Below, in pieces: positions 9,660-18,089 of a stretch of DNA of 64,000 bases. The stretch is from positions 33,777-97,776 of the forward strand of contig CAZFZM010000007.1 in assembly GCA_964523545.1 (NCBI GenBank), given 5' to 3'. The stretch's first letter is position 1; every line of letters starts with the position of its first letter. The position numbers were made by a program, and so were the translations under genes. The notes under the pieces were generated by a model. The model made no database searches, had not been told where the DNA came from, and saw only the letters and a list, made by a program, of their open reading frames with translations. This stretch comes from an uncultured Thermotogae bacterium (GTDB lineage Bacteria; Bipolaricaulota; Bipolaricaulia; UBA7950; UBA9294).

Positions 9660-10163
9660 CTACGCGAGATCCCTCAACCATCCACGCAAAACGTGCCGGA
9701 CGACCGCGAGGAGGACGACGGCCCCGAGCGTGAACATCACGTGCCCGACGTCGAGCCGTAGTATGGCGAACGCGAGCGCGTTCCCCGCCGCCGGGGGGTG
9801 CTCGGTGTCGGTGACGACCATCGCGAAGATGGCGAGGCTGACCGCCGCAGCGGCGATCAACCCCAGGGCGATCTCGTTGCCAGCCAGTCCGGCGACCGTC
9901 CGAATCGGAATCGAGCAGACAAGGCCGATGCTCAGACAGATCGCGTGCCCGCCGAGGAGATGACGCGGTTTCGCCGTCTCGTCGTGGGGCATCGCGAAGA
10001 CGATGAACGCGCTCGCCCCGAGTGCCGCGACGATCGTGCCGCTCGTTAGAACCCCCATCACCACCACGATGGCGGCAATGAGCCCGAAGGCAAGAAACGT
10101 CTGGAGGACGTAGTGAACCGGATCATCACGAAACTTCTCGTCAATCAGGCGAAGCCTCGACAC
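9660..10163 (-). CDS. HPP-family integral membrane protein
   Basis: 167-aa hydrophobic protein with an HPP-like 4-TM layout. GTG start preceded by AAGGAG (5-nt spacer). The long R-rich upstream part of ORF 9660..10673 is rejected. Confidence 0.6.
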   Translation of the reverse strand: MSRLRLIDEKFRDDPVHYVLQTFLAFGLIAAIVVVMGVLTSGTIVAALGASAFIVFAMPHDETAKPRHLLGGHAICLSIGLVCSIPIRTVAGLAGNEIALGLIAAAAVSLAIFAMVVTDTEHPPAAGNALAFAILRLDVGHVMFTLGAVVLLAVVRHVLRGWLRDLA

Positions 10164-10195
10164 CGAGTCTCCTTCCGGGAAGGAACCGCTTGGCG

Positions 10196-11140
10196 CTATT
10201 GCGCGAGGACGTGATGGACCGCCGCGACGAGCCCGTCGACGTCGAGCCCGTAGTGAGACAACAGGGCGTCGGCGTCCCCGGACTGCCCGAAGCGATCGTC
10301 GACGCCGACCCGGACGACGCGGGTCGGGTGGCGTTCCGACAGGGCCTCGCAGACCGCGCTTCCCAATCCACCGGTGATCTGGTGCTCCTCCGCCGTGACG
10401 ACGGCTCCCGTCTTCGCCGCGGAGGCGACGATCCCGTCCGCGTCGAGCGGCTTGATCGACGACGCGTTGATCACCTCGGCCGAGATCCCGCCTTCGGAGA
10501 GCCGCTCGCGGGCCTCGAGCGCGACCGAGACCATCACGCCACAGGCGACGATCGTGACGTCGGCCCCTTCGGCGAGGACCTCGGCTCTTCCGAGCTCGAA
10601 CGAGAACCCGTCGCTGTGGATCACCGGGAACGGGGCGCGCGCGAGTCGGACGTAGATCGGGCCGTCGTCGCACGAGGCAGCGAACCGCGTCACGGCCTCC
10701 GCCTCGACGGCGTCAGCGGGAACGATCACGCGCATGTTCGGGAGGACGCGCATGTTGGAAATGTCCTCCAACATCTGGTGGCTCGCACCGTCTTCCCCGA
10801 CCGTCAGCCCAGCGTGCGTGGCGACGATCCGGACAGGCACCTTGGGGTAAGCGACGACCTGTCGAATCTGCTCCCACACCTTCCCGGTCGCGAAGACGGC
10901 GAACGTCGACACGAACGGCCGATACCCGCTCATCGCCAATCCGGCCGCCGTCCCGATCATGTTCGCCTCGGCGACCCCCATGTTGAAGAACCGATCCGGG
11001 TGCTCGGCGGCGAAGGAGGACGTTTTCGTCGACCCCGCGAGATCGGCCGTGAGAACGACGATTCGTGGGTCTTCGCGTCCGAGCTGCGCGAGGGTCTTTC
11101 CGTACGCGTCGCGTGTCCCTTCCGTCCGATCGAAGCTCAC
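10196..11140 (-). CDS. Transketolase, C-terminal subunit (pyrimidine-binding + C-terminal domains)
   Basis: Matches the Pyr/C-terminal halves of transketolase ([16 protein letters not shown]..). 314 aa. Start overlaps the fsa stop (ATGA). Confidence 0.85.
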   Translation of the reverse strand: MSFDRTEGTRDAYGKTLAQLGREDPRIVVLTADLAGSTKTSSFAAEHPDRFFNMGVAEANMIGTAAGLAMSGYRPFVSTFAVFATGKVWEQIRQVVAYPKVPVRIVATHAGLTVGEDGASHQMLEDISNMRVLPNMRVIVPADAVEAEAVTRFAASCDDGPIYVRLARAPFPVIHSDGFSFELGRAEVLAEGADVTIVACGVMVSVALEARERLSEGGISAEVINASSIKPLDADGIVASAAKTGAVVTAEEHQITGGLGSAVCEALSERHPTRVVRVGVDDRFGQSGDADALLSHYGLDVDGLVAAVHHVLAQ

Positions 11141-11775
11141 TTCGGGACCTCCTCCCAGTCCTTGAGGAATCGCTCGATCCCCGCGTCGGTCAACGGATGG
11201 TCGAACAGCTTCTTCAGCACCGCATACGGAACGGTCGCGACGTCGGCTCCGAGGGTCGCCGCCTCGACGACGTGACGGGGATGGCGGACGCTCGCGACGA
11301 GGACCTCGGTGGGGAACGCGTAGTTCGCGTAGATCCCGAGGATCTCAGCGATCAACCCCATCCCGTCTCCACCGACGTCGTCGATCCGGCCGACGAACGG
11401 AGACACGAACGTCGCGCCGCACTTGGCGGCGAGCAGTGCCTGATTCGCCGAGAAGACGAGGGTCACGTTCGTTCGGATCCCCTCGCCGGAGAGCCGCGCG
11501 ACCACCTGCATTCCGGCCTCGGTCATCGGGATCTTGATCACGACGTTTTCGTGGATCGAGGCGAGCTCGCGCGCCTCGGACGTCATGCCGTCGGGTCCGA
11601 GCGCGGTGACCTCGGCGCTGACCGGGCCGTCGACGATCCCGCAGATCTCGACGATCACCTCCTCGAACGGTCGCTTCTCCCGCGCGACGAGGGTCGGATT
11701 CGTCGTCACACCGTCGACCAGCCAGGCCATCTCGCGGATCTCCGACACGTTCGCCGTGTCGATGAACAGCTTCAT
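11137..11775 (-). CDS. Fructose-6-phosphate aldolase / transaldolase (TalC/FSA family)
   Basis: [15 protein letters not shown]...GVTTNPTL and Schiff-base lysine context IKIP. 212 aa. Confidence 0.85.
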   Translation of the reverse strand: MKLFIDTANVSEIREMAWLVDGVTTNPTLVAREKRPFEEVIVEICGIVDGPVSAEVTALGPDGMTSEARELASIHENVVIKIPMTEAGMQVVARLSGEGIRTNVTLVFSANQALLAAKCGATFVSPFVGRIDDVGGDGMGLIAEILGIYANYAFPTEVLVASVRHPRHVVEAATLGADVATVPYAVLKKLFDHPLTDAGIERFLKDWEEVPK

Positions 11776-12671
11776 GTCCCCTCCCCTTCGCTCCGTAGCT
11801 TCCGGACCGTCGCCAAGTTTAGCGGGTCGGCGTCCGAGCGGCCATCGATCACCTTCGGTGTCTCGAGCACGAACGGCAAGCCGCGAAGGTGCGGGTGTCG
11901 GACGATCGCGCCGATCCCGGACCGGCCGATCTCACCCTGCCCGATGTGGGCGTGGCGATCCCTGCGCGAGCCGAGCGGGAACCGCGAGTCATTGAGATGG
12001 ATCATCTCGAGCCGATCGAGGCCGACCGTGCGGTCGAACCGGTGCACCGTCTCGTCGACCGCCTTGCGTGTCCGCAGGTCGTACCCCGCCGAGAGCGCGT
12101 GACACGTGTCGAGGCAGACACCGATCCGGGACGCGTCGGTGATTCCGTCGAGGATCGCCGAGAGCTCGTCAAACGAGGCACCGATCGTTGTCCCGGATCC
12201 GGCGGTGTTCTCCAGCAGGAGCCGCACGCCGGGCGACCCGGCCCAGGTCGTCGACTCGATCAAGCGATCGATCGCGTCGGCGATCCGGTCGATCCCCGCC
12301 TGCGCCCCGCTCCCGACGTGTGCGCCGAGGTGGGTGACCAGCGCCTCGGCCCCGAGCAGCCCGGCCCGCCGAAACTCCTCGATCAGCCCGTCGACCGAGC
12401 GTTCGTACAGCTCCTCGTCCGGACTGGCGAGGTTGAGCAGGTACATCGTGTGGACGACGAGGTACCGGATCGACGAGCCGCCCCGACGGCCGCGAAACCG
12501 GCATGCGACCTCGTCGGTGATCTCCTTCATCCGCCACACCGCCGGACTGTGTGTGAAGATCTGCAGCGCGTTATTTCCCAACTCTTCCGCCTCGTCGATC
12601 GCCCGTGAAAACCCTTTGGCGATCGACAGGTGGCATCCGAGGAGGAACCGGTCGTCTGGGCCGTTCATCAT
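11772..12671 (-). CDS. nfo: Endonuclease IV (AP endonuclease family 2)
   Basis: TIM-barrel xylose-isomerase-like AP endonuclease motifs (LLENTAG, HLND, CLDTCH). Overlaps the fsa start (ATGA). Confidence 0.9.
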   Translation of the reverse strand: MMNGPDDRFLLGCHLSIAKGFSRAIDEAEELGNNALQIFTHSPAVWRMKEITDEVACRFRGRRGGSSIRYLVVHTMYLLNLASPDEELYERSVDGLIEEFRRAGLLGAEALVTHLGAHVGSGAQAGIDRIADAIDRLIESTTWAGSPGVRLLLENTAGSGTTIGASFDELSAILDGITDASRIGVCLDTCHALSAGYDLRTRKAVDETVHRFDRTVGLDRLEMIHLNDSRFPLGSRRDRHAHIGQGEIGRSGIGAIVRHPHLRGLPFVLETPKVIDGRSDADPLNLATVRKLRSEGEGT

Positions 12672-12759
12672 CGACGATTATCGAAGCGCCCGCTCGGACC
12701 CTCAACCGAAGGTTTGCCGGACGCCGCCGCGCTGGGTACGGTTTGCGCGGAGGGACCCA

Positions 12760-14145
12760 ATGAACTATCAGGTCGTCGTCGTCGGTGGAGGACCGGGCGG
12801 CTACGCGTGCGCCATCCGCTGCGCCCAACTCGGTCTCCGCGTCGGACTGGTGGAGGAGCGGGAGCTCGGCGGCGTCTGCCTCAACCGGGGCTGTGTCCCG
12901 ACCAAGGCGCTCTACGCCGCGACGAAGCTCGTCGAGAAGGCCCGCACGGCAGACGAGATGGGGATCGTGTTTTCGCCCCCATCGATCGACCCGGCGACGC
13001 TCGCCAAGTGGAAAGAGCGCGTCGTGTCGAAGCTCGTCGGCGGCATCGAAACCCTCCTCGACAAGAACGGCGTCGACCTCTTCCGTGCCCGCGGTCGACT
13101 CGAAGGCCCTGGGCGCGTCGCGCTCGTTTCCGGCGAACCTTTGGCCGCCGAACGGATCGTCCTCGCCACCGGCTCGTCGCCGATCGAGATCCCGGGTTTC
13201 TCGTTCGACGATCCGGACGTCTGGTCGTCGGACGACGCGCTGGCGCTGACCGAGATCCCCGCGCGGCTGTCCGTGATCGGCGGCGGCGTCATCGGCCTCG
13301 AGCTGGCGACGATCTACCGACGCCTCGGCAGCTCGGTCACCGTGATCGAGCTTCTGCCTGAGATCCTCTCGACCGTCGACCTCGATCGCCGGACCCTCGG
13401 CGTGGTGAAGCGGTCTCTCTCGGAACAGGGGATCGACGTTCGGACGGGCACGGCAGCCGATTCGCACGAGCCGACGAACGGCGTCCTCGCCGTCAGGCTG
13501 AGCGCCGGCGCCGCCCTCGAGGCCGACCGCGTTCTCCTCGCGGTCGGCCGCCGGCCGAACACGGCCGACCTCGGACTGGAGTCGGTCGGCCTCGAACCGG
13601 AGCCGAGCGGCTTCCTCGCCGTGGACGACAACCTGGAGACCAACGCCCGGGGTGTCCACGCGATCGGCGACTTGGTGCCCGGTCCGATGCTCGCCCACAA
13701 GGCGGCGGCCGAGGGTGTCGCGCTCGCCGACGCGCTCGCCGGCGGGAAGATGAGATCCCTCGACCACGAGAAGATCCCACAGGCGATCTTCACCGACCCC
13801 GAGATCGCGTCGGTTGGCCTCTCCGAACGGACCGCGAAGGAACGCGGGCAAGAGATCCTCGTCGGGCGATTCCCCTACGCCGCGCTCGGCAAGGCGCTCG
13901 GGATGCGCGACGACGCCGGCTTCTTTCAGATCGTCGCCGACGCGGCGAACCATCGGATCCTCGGGGCGCAGATCGTCGGCGCCGAGGCGTCCGATCTCAT
14001 TTCGGAGGCCGCCGTTGCGCTTCAGGCGGGGCTCTCGCTCGAAGCGATCGCCGAGGCGGTCCATCCGCATCCGACGCTGCCGGAAGGGTTGAAGGAAGCG
14101 GCGGAGAGCGCCCTCGGCAGGGCGATCCATGCGGTCAACCGCTAG
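12760..14145 (+). CDS. lpd: Dihydrolipoyl dehydrogenase
   Basis: GGGPGGY FAD motif, redox-active disulfide GGVCLNRGCVPTK, and C-terminal HPHPTL(P)E dimerisation/His-Glu motif. GGAGGG RBS before ATG 12760. No E1/E2 partner in the window. Confidence 0.9.
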   Translation: MNYQVVVVGGGPGGYACAIRCAQLGLRVGLVEERELGGVCLNRGCVPTKALYAATKLVEKARTADEMGIVFSPPSIDPATLAKWKERVVSKLVGGIETLLDKNGVDLFRARGRLEGPGRVALVSGEPLAAERIVLATGSSPIEIPGFSFDDPDVWSSDDALALTEIPARLSVIGGGVIGLELATIYRRLGSSVTVIELLPEILSTVDLDRRTLGVVKRSLSEQGIDVRTGTAADSHEPTNGVLAVRLSAGAALEADRVLLAVGRRPNTADLGLESVGLEPEPSGFLAVDDNLETNARGVHAIGDLVPGPMLAHKAAAEGVALADALAGGKMRSLDHEKIPQAIFTDPEIASVGLSERTAKERGQEILVGRFPYAALGKALGMRDDAGFFQIVADAANHRILGAQIVGAEASDLISEAAVALQAGLSLEAIAEAVHPHPTLPEGLKEAAESALGRAIHAVNR

Positions 14146-14194
14146 CGGCCGAATCGTCGCGTCGAACGGACGCTCGACCGGGCGATCCACACGA

Positions 14195-15496
14195 TCAATC
14201 GGTCGCCACGCCGTATTCGACTTCGGACGAGGCGGCGTCCTCTGCCGCGCACACCGGTGAGCCATTCGGCGTCTGATCCTCGATGTGAATCAACGGGGGG
14301 ACGAAGAAGCTGATCAGCGCCGTCGCCGTGCAGATCAGACCCGCCAAGAGAAACCAGAACGGTACGCCGGTCACGTCCGCTACCGGGCCGGCGATCGCCA
14401 GCCCGATCGGTGTCGTCAGCGAGAACAGGCTTCCCAACAGCGCAAACACGCGTCCCTGCATCTCCGCAGGGACGGTCGCCTGCAACAGCGCGATGATCGG
14501 ACCGTCGGTGAGTGAGACCATCACCCCGACGACGAAGACGCTGGCGATTCCGAGCCAGAACATGTGCGCCGGGGTCAATCCGAGGACGACGCAGGCGAGG
14601 CCGATCCCGAGGAGCCCCGCCAGGATCGTGTAGACCTTCCTCTTGAAACCGCCCCAGATGCTAAGCACCAGACCGCCGATGAGGATCCCCGCGCCGGCCA
14701 TCGCCTCGAAGAAGCTGAGCTCCGGCGCTCCGCCACCGAAATGGGCTTTGATCAGGAGGGGGGAGAGCGAAAACGCCGGCTGCAAAGCAATTTTCAGGAT
14801 CGATGCCCCAATCAGAAGTCCGACAAGCCCCGGCCAACTGAGGACGAAGCGGAGGCCTTCCCTCGCGTTGGCGAGGAACGATCGCGCCTTGACTGCCTCG
14901 ATGTGCTCTCGCGCGGGCTGGGGCACGAACAGGAACAGCAGCGGCGTAACGGCGAACGCCGCCGTCGCCACGTCGACCATCATGACCCCATGGAGCGGCA
15001 TCAGCGACATCAGCAACGCGCCGAGCGGCGGGCCGATGATGTTCAGCAGCCCCTGGACCGTCTGATTGAGACCTCCGATCCGTGTGTAATGCCGCTCGGG
15101 CACCATCAGCGTCGTCGAGGCGGCCATCGCCGGCCAGTGAAAGGTCCCGCCGAACGACCGGGCGAGCATCACCACGTAGACGTGCCAGACCTCCATCGCG
15201 CCCGACCAGAACAGGTACGCGAGCCACAGCGAGATCAGGGCAATGAAAGAGTCGGAGACGATCATCACCGCACGCCGATTCCATCGGTCGATCAGCGCAC
15301 CGACGAACGGTCCGAGGACGATCTGCGGGATCAACGCCACCAGCGTCGCGAAGGCGAGAACCGTGGCCGAGCCGGTCGTCGTCGTCAGCCACCACACCAG
15401 TGCAAACTGAGCCGCTCGACTGCCGACGATCGACAGCTGTTGGCCGGTCCAGATCGTGAAGAAACGACCCTTCCAGCGCCCGTCCACGGTTCCCAT
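14195..15496 (-). CDS. MFS transporter
   Basis: 12 predicted TM segments and an MFS signature region. ATG preceded by GGAGG. Confidence 0.8.
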   Translation of the reverse strand: MGTVDGRWKGRFFTIWTGQQLSIVGSRAAQFALVWWLTTTTGSATVLAFATLVALIPQIVLGPFVGALIDRWNRRAVMIVSDSFIALISLWLAYLFWSGAMEVWHVYVVMLARSFGGTFHWPAMAASTTLMVPERHYTRIGGLNQTVQGLLNIIGPPLGALLMSLMPLHGVMMVDVATAAFAVTPLLFLFVPQPAREHIEAVKARSFLANAREGLRFVLSWPGLVGLLIGASILKIALQPAFSLSPLLIKAHFGGGAPELSFFEAMAGAGILIGGLVLSIWGGFKRKVYTILAGLLGIGLACVVLGLTPAHMFWLGIASVFVVGVMVSLTDGPIIALLQATVPAEMQGRVFALLGSLFSLTTPIGLAIAGPVADVTGVPFWFLLAGLICTATALISFFVPPLIHIEDQTPNGSPVCAAEDAASSEVEYGVATD

Positions 15497-15565
15497 TCGG
15501 CCTCCGGGCTCCAACGATTTCGCTTCGTCAGTCGGCGCGCACCCGGATTCGGTTCAACGGAGTCT

Positions 15566-16303
15566 TCAGACCTTCTGTTGCCGTTCGACGACCGCGTCGT
15601 CGTGGACCTTGAGCGTCTCGGCGTACTCGACGGTCCCGATCTTGCAGCCGGGGCCGATCTCGACCCGTTTACCCCGGACGACGTCGGCGATCGTGTTCTC
15701 GAGATGAATCTCGTCACCTTCGATCTGCGACGTCCGAAGCTCGGCCGTTCCTCCGCCGGTCAGCATCTTCGCCAGGCCGCTGAGCAGGGCCGAGCCAAGC
15801 GACTCGGGACGCTCGACGTAGATCTTCTCCCCGCCGATCTCCCTTGCCGTACAGCGCCCCGCGAGGCGGATCCCCACCTTGTCGGCCGACAGGAGGCCAT
15901 CGATGCCGAACCCTCCGCTCGCCTTGAAGATGTCGGCCTCCACGTCGCCTCCAACGCGGAAACTGCCACTGCTCTTGAAGTATTCGGCGGCAACGTCCCC
16001 CTCGGCGTGAAAGTGTCCCGACGACTTGAACTCCTTCGCGTCGACCGGCCCTTCGATCTTGGCAGAGCCGCTGACCCGCATCTCGTCGGCTCGGACCGCC
16101 CCGCCAAATTTCCCGCTGCCGGAGACCGTGATTTGACCCGCTTCGGTCCGTCCCGAAACCCGGCCCGACCCGGAGATCCTCAGCTCCTCGGCGCTCAGAT
16201 CGCCATCGATCCTGCCCGATCCGGAGATCGCGACGCGCTGGTACTCTCCGCCGCCGAGGTGGCCGGAGCCGGATATGCTCACTGATCGACGTTCATCACT
16301 CAT
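15566..16303 (-). CDS. DUF4097-type beta-helical repeat protein (YhbE/YvlB/LiaG-like)
   Basis: Nine or more degenerate repeats of I/VSGSG/AxI/V (ISGSGHL, ISGSGRI, ISGSGRV, VSGSGKF, VSGSAKI, SSGHF, SSGSF, ASGGF). Start overlaps the upstream gene stop (ATGA). Confidence 0.7.
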   Translation of the reverse strand: MSDERRSVSISGSGHLGGGEYQRVAISGSGRIDGDLSAEELRISGSGRVSGRTEAGQITVSGSGKFGGAVRADEMRVSGSAKIEGPVDAKEFKSSGHFHAEGDVAAEYFKSSGSFRVGGDVEADIFKASGGFGIDGLLSADKVGIRLAGRCTAREIGGEKIYVERPESLGSALLSGLAKMLTGGGTAELRTSQIEGDEIHLENTIADVVRGKRVEIGPGCKIGTVEYAETLKVHDDAVVERQQKV

Positions 16304-17064
16304 TGGTTCACCTCACGTTCGTCCGATTCTCGGTGCGCGTCGTCCTCGCCCGTCGGTGTCTCTCCGCCGGTCCGGTCGGGCGCTTCACCGGCCTGCGCTC
16401 CGTCACTGCGGACGAGGTCGAGCTTGATCCGCTGCAGAACGGTCGTCAGGTCGACCGTCTCGACGACCTCGATCTCCGGATCGAAGATCGCGCCTTCCTC
16501 CGTCAACGCCACGAGGCTGATCTGCGCCGAGATCCCGCCGGACGCGACGCGCTTCCGCAACAGGTACAGGCGGACCCCGTTCTCCGACACGCGATCGAGG
16601 AGCCCCTTTCTTTGTTCCCGCGCCAACGTCCGCTTCACGAGATCGATCTCCTCGTCCCGGGCGGCTTGACGCAACCGGCTGAGGACACCGAGGAGGAACG
16701 CCTGCCAGATCGAAACGGCCTCTTCCGACGCCTCGTCCGGACAGCACGTCCGCAGCAGGTCATCGTCGAGCCAACCGAGGCGCTCGAGCTGCGCCAGGGC
16801 CACCTTCAGCTTGGCGTTGACACGCGTGGTGATCAGCTCGGCCAGGTCATCGAGCGGGTGATCGTCCTTCATCGCCTTGATCCGCTCGATCCGTTCAAAG
16901 ATCTTGTCCCGGGGGAAGAACGTCTCCTGCCCGGTGAACGTCGAGCGGCGGATGAACCACACTTCCGGGATGAGTCCCTTCCGCTTCCACCGGTAGAGCT
17001 GACCGTAGGAGATCCCCATCTTCTCGAGGACCTCCTTCTTCGAGATCAGTTTTTCGTCGTCCAT
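16300..17064 (-). CDS. DUF4004/YhbD-like protein with N-terminal MerR-like HTH
   Basis: N-terminus MDDEKLISKKEVLEKMGISYGQLYRWKRKGLIPE resembles a MerR-type HTH. GGGGGAG RBS. Co-directional and overlapping with the DUF4097 gene, as in Bacillus yhbDEF. Confidence 0.6.
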   Translation of the reverse strand: MDDEKLISKKEVLEKMGISYGQLYRWKRKGLIPEVWFIRRSTFTGQETFFPRDKIFERIERIKAMKDDHPLDDLAELITTRVNAKLKVALAQLERLGWLDDDLLRTCCPDEASEEAVSIWQAFLLGVLSRLRQAARDEEIDLVKRTLAREQRKGLLDRVSENGVRLYLLRKRVASGGISAQISLVALTEEGAIFDPEIEVVETVDLTTVLQRIKLDLVRSDGAQAGEAPDRTGGETPTGEDDAHRESDEREVNQ

Positions 17065-17078
17065 GTCTCCCCCTAAGC

Positions 17079-17092
17079 AACAGCATACTGTT
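17079..17092. promoter_or_regulatory. Short inverted repeat AACAG-N4-CTGTT between the sORF stop and the yhbD-like RBS
   Basis: aacagcatactgtt lies directly 3' of the sORF stop and about 4 nt before the GGGGGAG RBS of the MerR-like-HTH gene. Confidence 0.25.
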
Positions 17093-17263
17093 CTATTTTG
17101 CCGTTGCGCCGCTCGGGCGGACCCGACACGGCACCCGATCACAAACCGGCTCGCGATCCCAGACTCTGCTCCGCTCCACTTCGATCTTTTCCAGACTAGA
17201 TGATAACTTTTGAGCGTACACCATTCGCATGAGCTTCTCCATGTCGTAGTACGTAAGTGCCAT
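17093..17263 (-). CDS. Candidate small protein (56 aa), first cistron of the yhbD-like operon
   Basis: ATG preceded by GGAGGTGA (6-nt spacer), lying about 25 nt downstream of a TTGACA-17-TATACT promoter. Translation MALTYYDMEKLMRMVYAQKLSSSLEKIEVERSRVWD... is not low-complexity. Confidence 0.3.
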   Translation of the reverse strand: MALTYYDMEKLMRMVYAQKLSSSLEKIEVERSRVWDREPVCDRVPCRVRPSGATAK

Positions 17264-17294
17264 CCGATTCACCTCCGCGGGAGAAGTTATTGGC

Positions 17295-17323
17295 AGTATA
17301 ACATCACATTGTTCTGTTGTCAA
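17295..17323 (-). promoter_or_regulatory. Near-consensus sigma70 promoter TTGACA-N17-TATACT driving the sORF / yhbD-like / DUF4097 operon
   Basis: The reverse complement of 17295-17323 reads TTGACA acagaacaatgtgatgt TATACT. The predicted TSS is about 25 nt upstream of the sORF ATG at 17263. Confidence 0.45.
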
Positions 17324-17395
17324 GGCCGCGGTGCTCCACCGCTCACGCGCGGACCGCTTCCGACCCGGCGGGGTCCTTCATCTCGCGCAGATCCC

Positions 17396-17424
17396 TTGTC
17401 GCGCGTTGCGCGGCAATCGATAAT
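17396..17424 (+). promoter_or_regulatory. Candidate sigma70-like promoter TTGTCG-N17-GATAAT for the duplicated membrane protein gene
   Basis: ttgtcg (17396-17401), 17-nt spacer, gataat (17419-17424), about 70 nt upstream of ATG 17498. Confidence 0.3.
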
Positions 17425-17497
17425 CCCGGAGACGCGTTAGAAAACGGTATCGGAGTCGGCTTACATCCTCCGCCGAGGACAAGAGGAGTGCGCATCG

Positions 17498-18040
17498 ATG
17501 CTGATTGTGTGGATCCTACGGCTTGTTCTGCTTGCGGTCTTCCTTCCGCTGTTGATCCCGTTTGGCGCTCTGGCCGGCGCGTTCGTCTTCTCCCCGATTC
17601 CGATCGCGCTCCTTTCGTTGGCGCTCGCGCTGCTGGCACTCGCCGTCGTCCTCGGGCTGATCCTCGGCGTCCTCGGGACGCTGGTCGACGTCCTGATCGT
17701 CCTGACGTTGATCGGGATCGCCTGGAAGTGGCCGCGCGGGATCCACGCACCCTTCCCGGCGAAGATCCGACTGGCCTACCGCGGTCTCCGAAACGCGTTC
17801 CGACAGCAGCTGAGGCATTGCTCCGCGACCGACTTCGCCCTCTCCCTCGCGATCGTGATCATCGCGATCATCCTCAGCCTCTCGTCGGGATTCCTCCACT
17901 TCCTCCTCACCGTTCTCGTCGTGCTCCTGATCGTCGGCGTGGTCTGGAAGTGGCCGCGGAGCCCGCACCTGCCATTCCTGCGCAAGCTCCAGCTCGCACT
18001 CCGATCGCTGTGGGAAGACCTCCGATCGCGGTTCCGCTAA
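17498..18040 (+). CDS. Small polytopic membrane protein with internal duplication
   Basis: AGAGGAG RBS. Hydrophobic segments plus a twice-repeated amphipathic motif (IAWKWPRGIHAPFPAKIRLAYRGL and VVWKWPRSPHLPFLRKLQLALRSL). Confidence 0.55.
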   Translation: MLIVWILRLVLLAVFLPLLIPFGALAGAFVFSPIPIALLSLALALLALAVVLGLILGVLGTLVDVLIVLTLIGIAWKWPRGIHAPFPAKIRLAYRGLRNAFRQQLRHCSATDFALSLAIVIIAIILSLSSGFLHFLLTVLVVLLIVGVVWKWPRSPHLPFLRKLQLALRSLWEDLRSRFR

Positions 18041-18089
18041 GCGCGGTGAACGGGTGGAGAGCCCGGTTCAAAGAAACCGTCTCGGCGTT

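Noticed and set aside
12106-12759. N-terminal extensions of ORF-track frames, for example 12106..12759 before lpd, 30894 ORF 586 aa versus 271, 32935..33594 before the ABC exporter, 1625..2020, 26763..27371 and 29061..29588.
   Set aside because: The extensions are R/P-rich and overlap upstream genes. Internal ATG/GTG starts with good SD sequences coincide with the conserved N-termini of the respective families.
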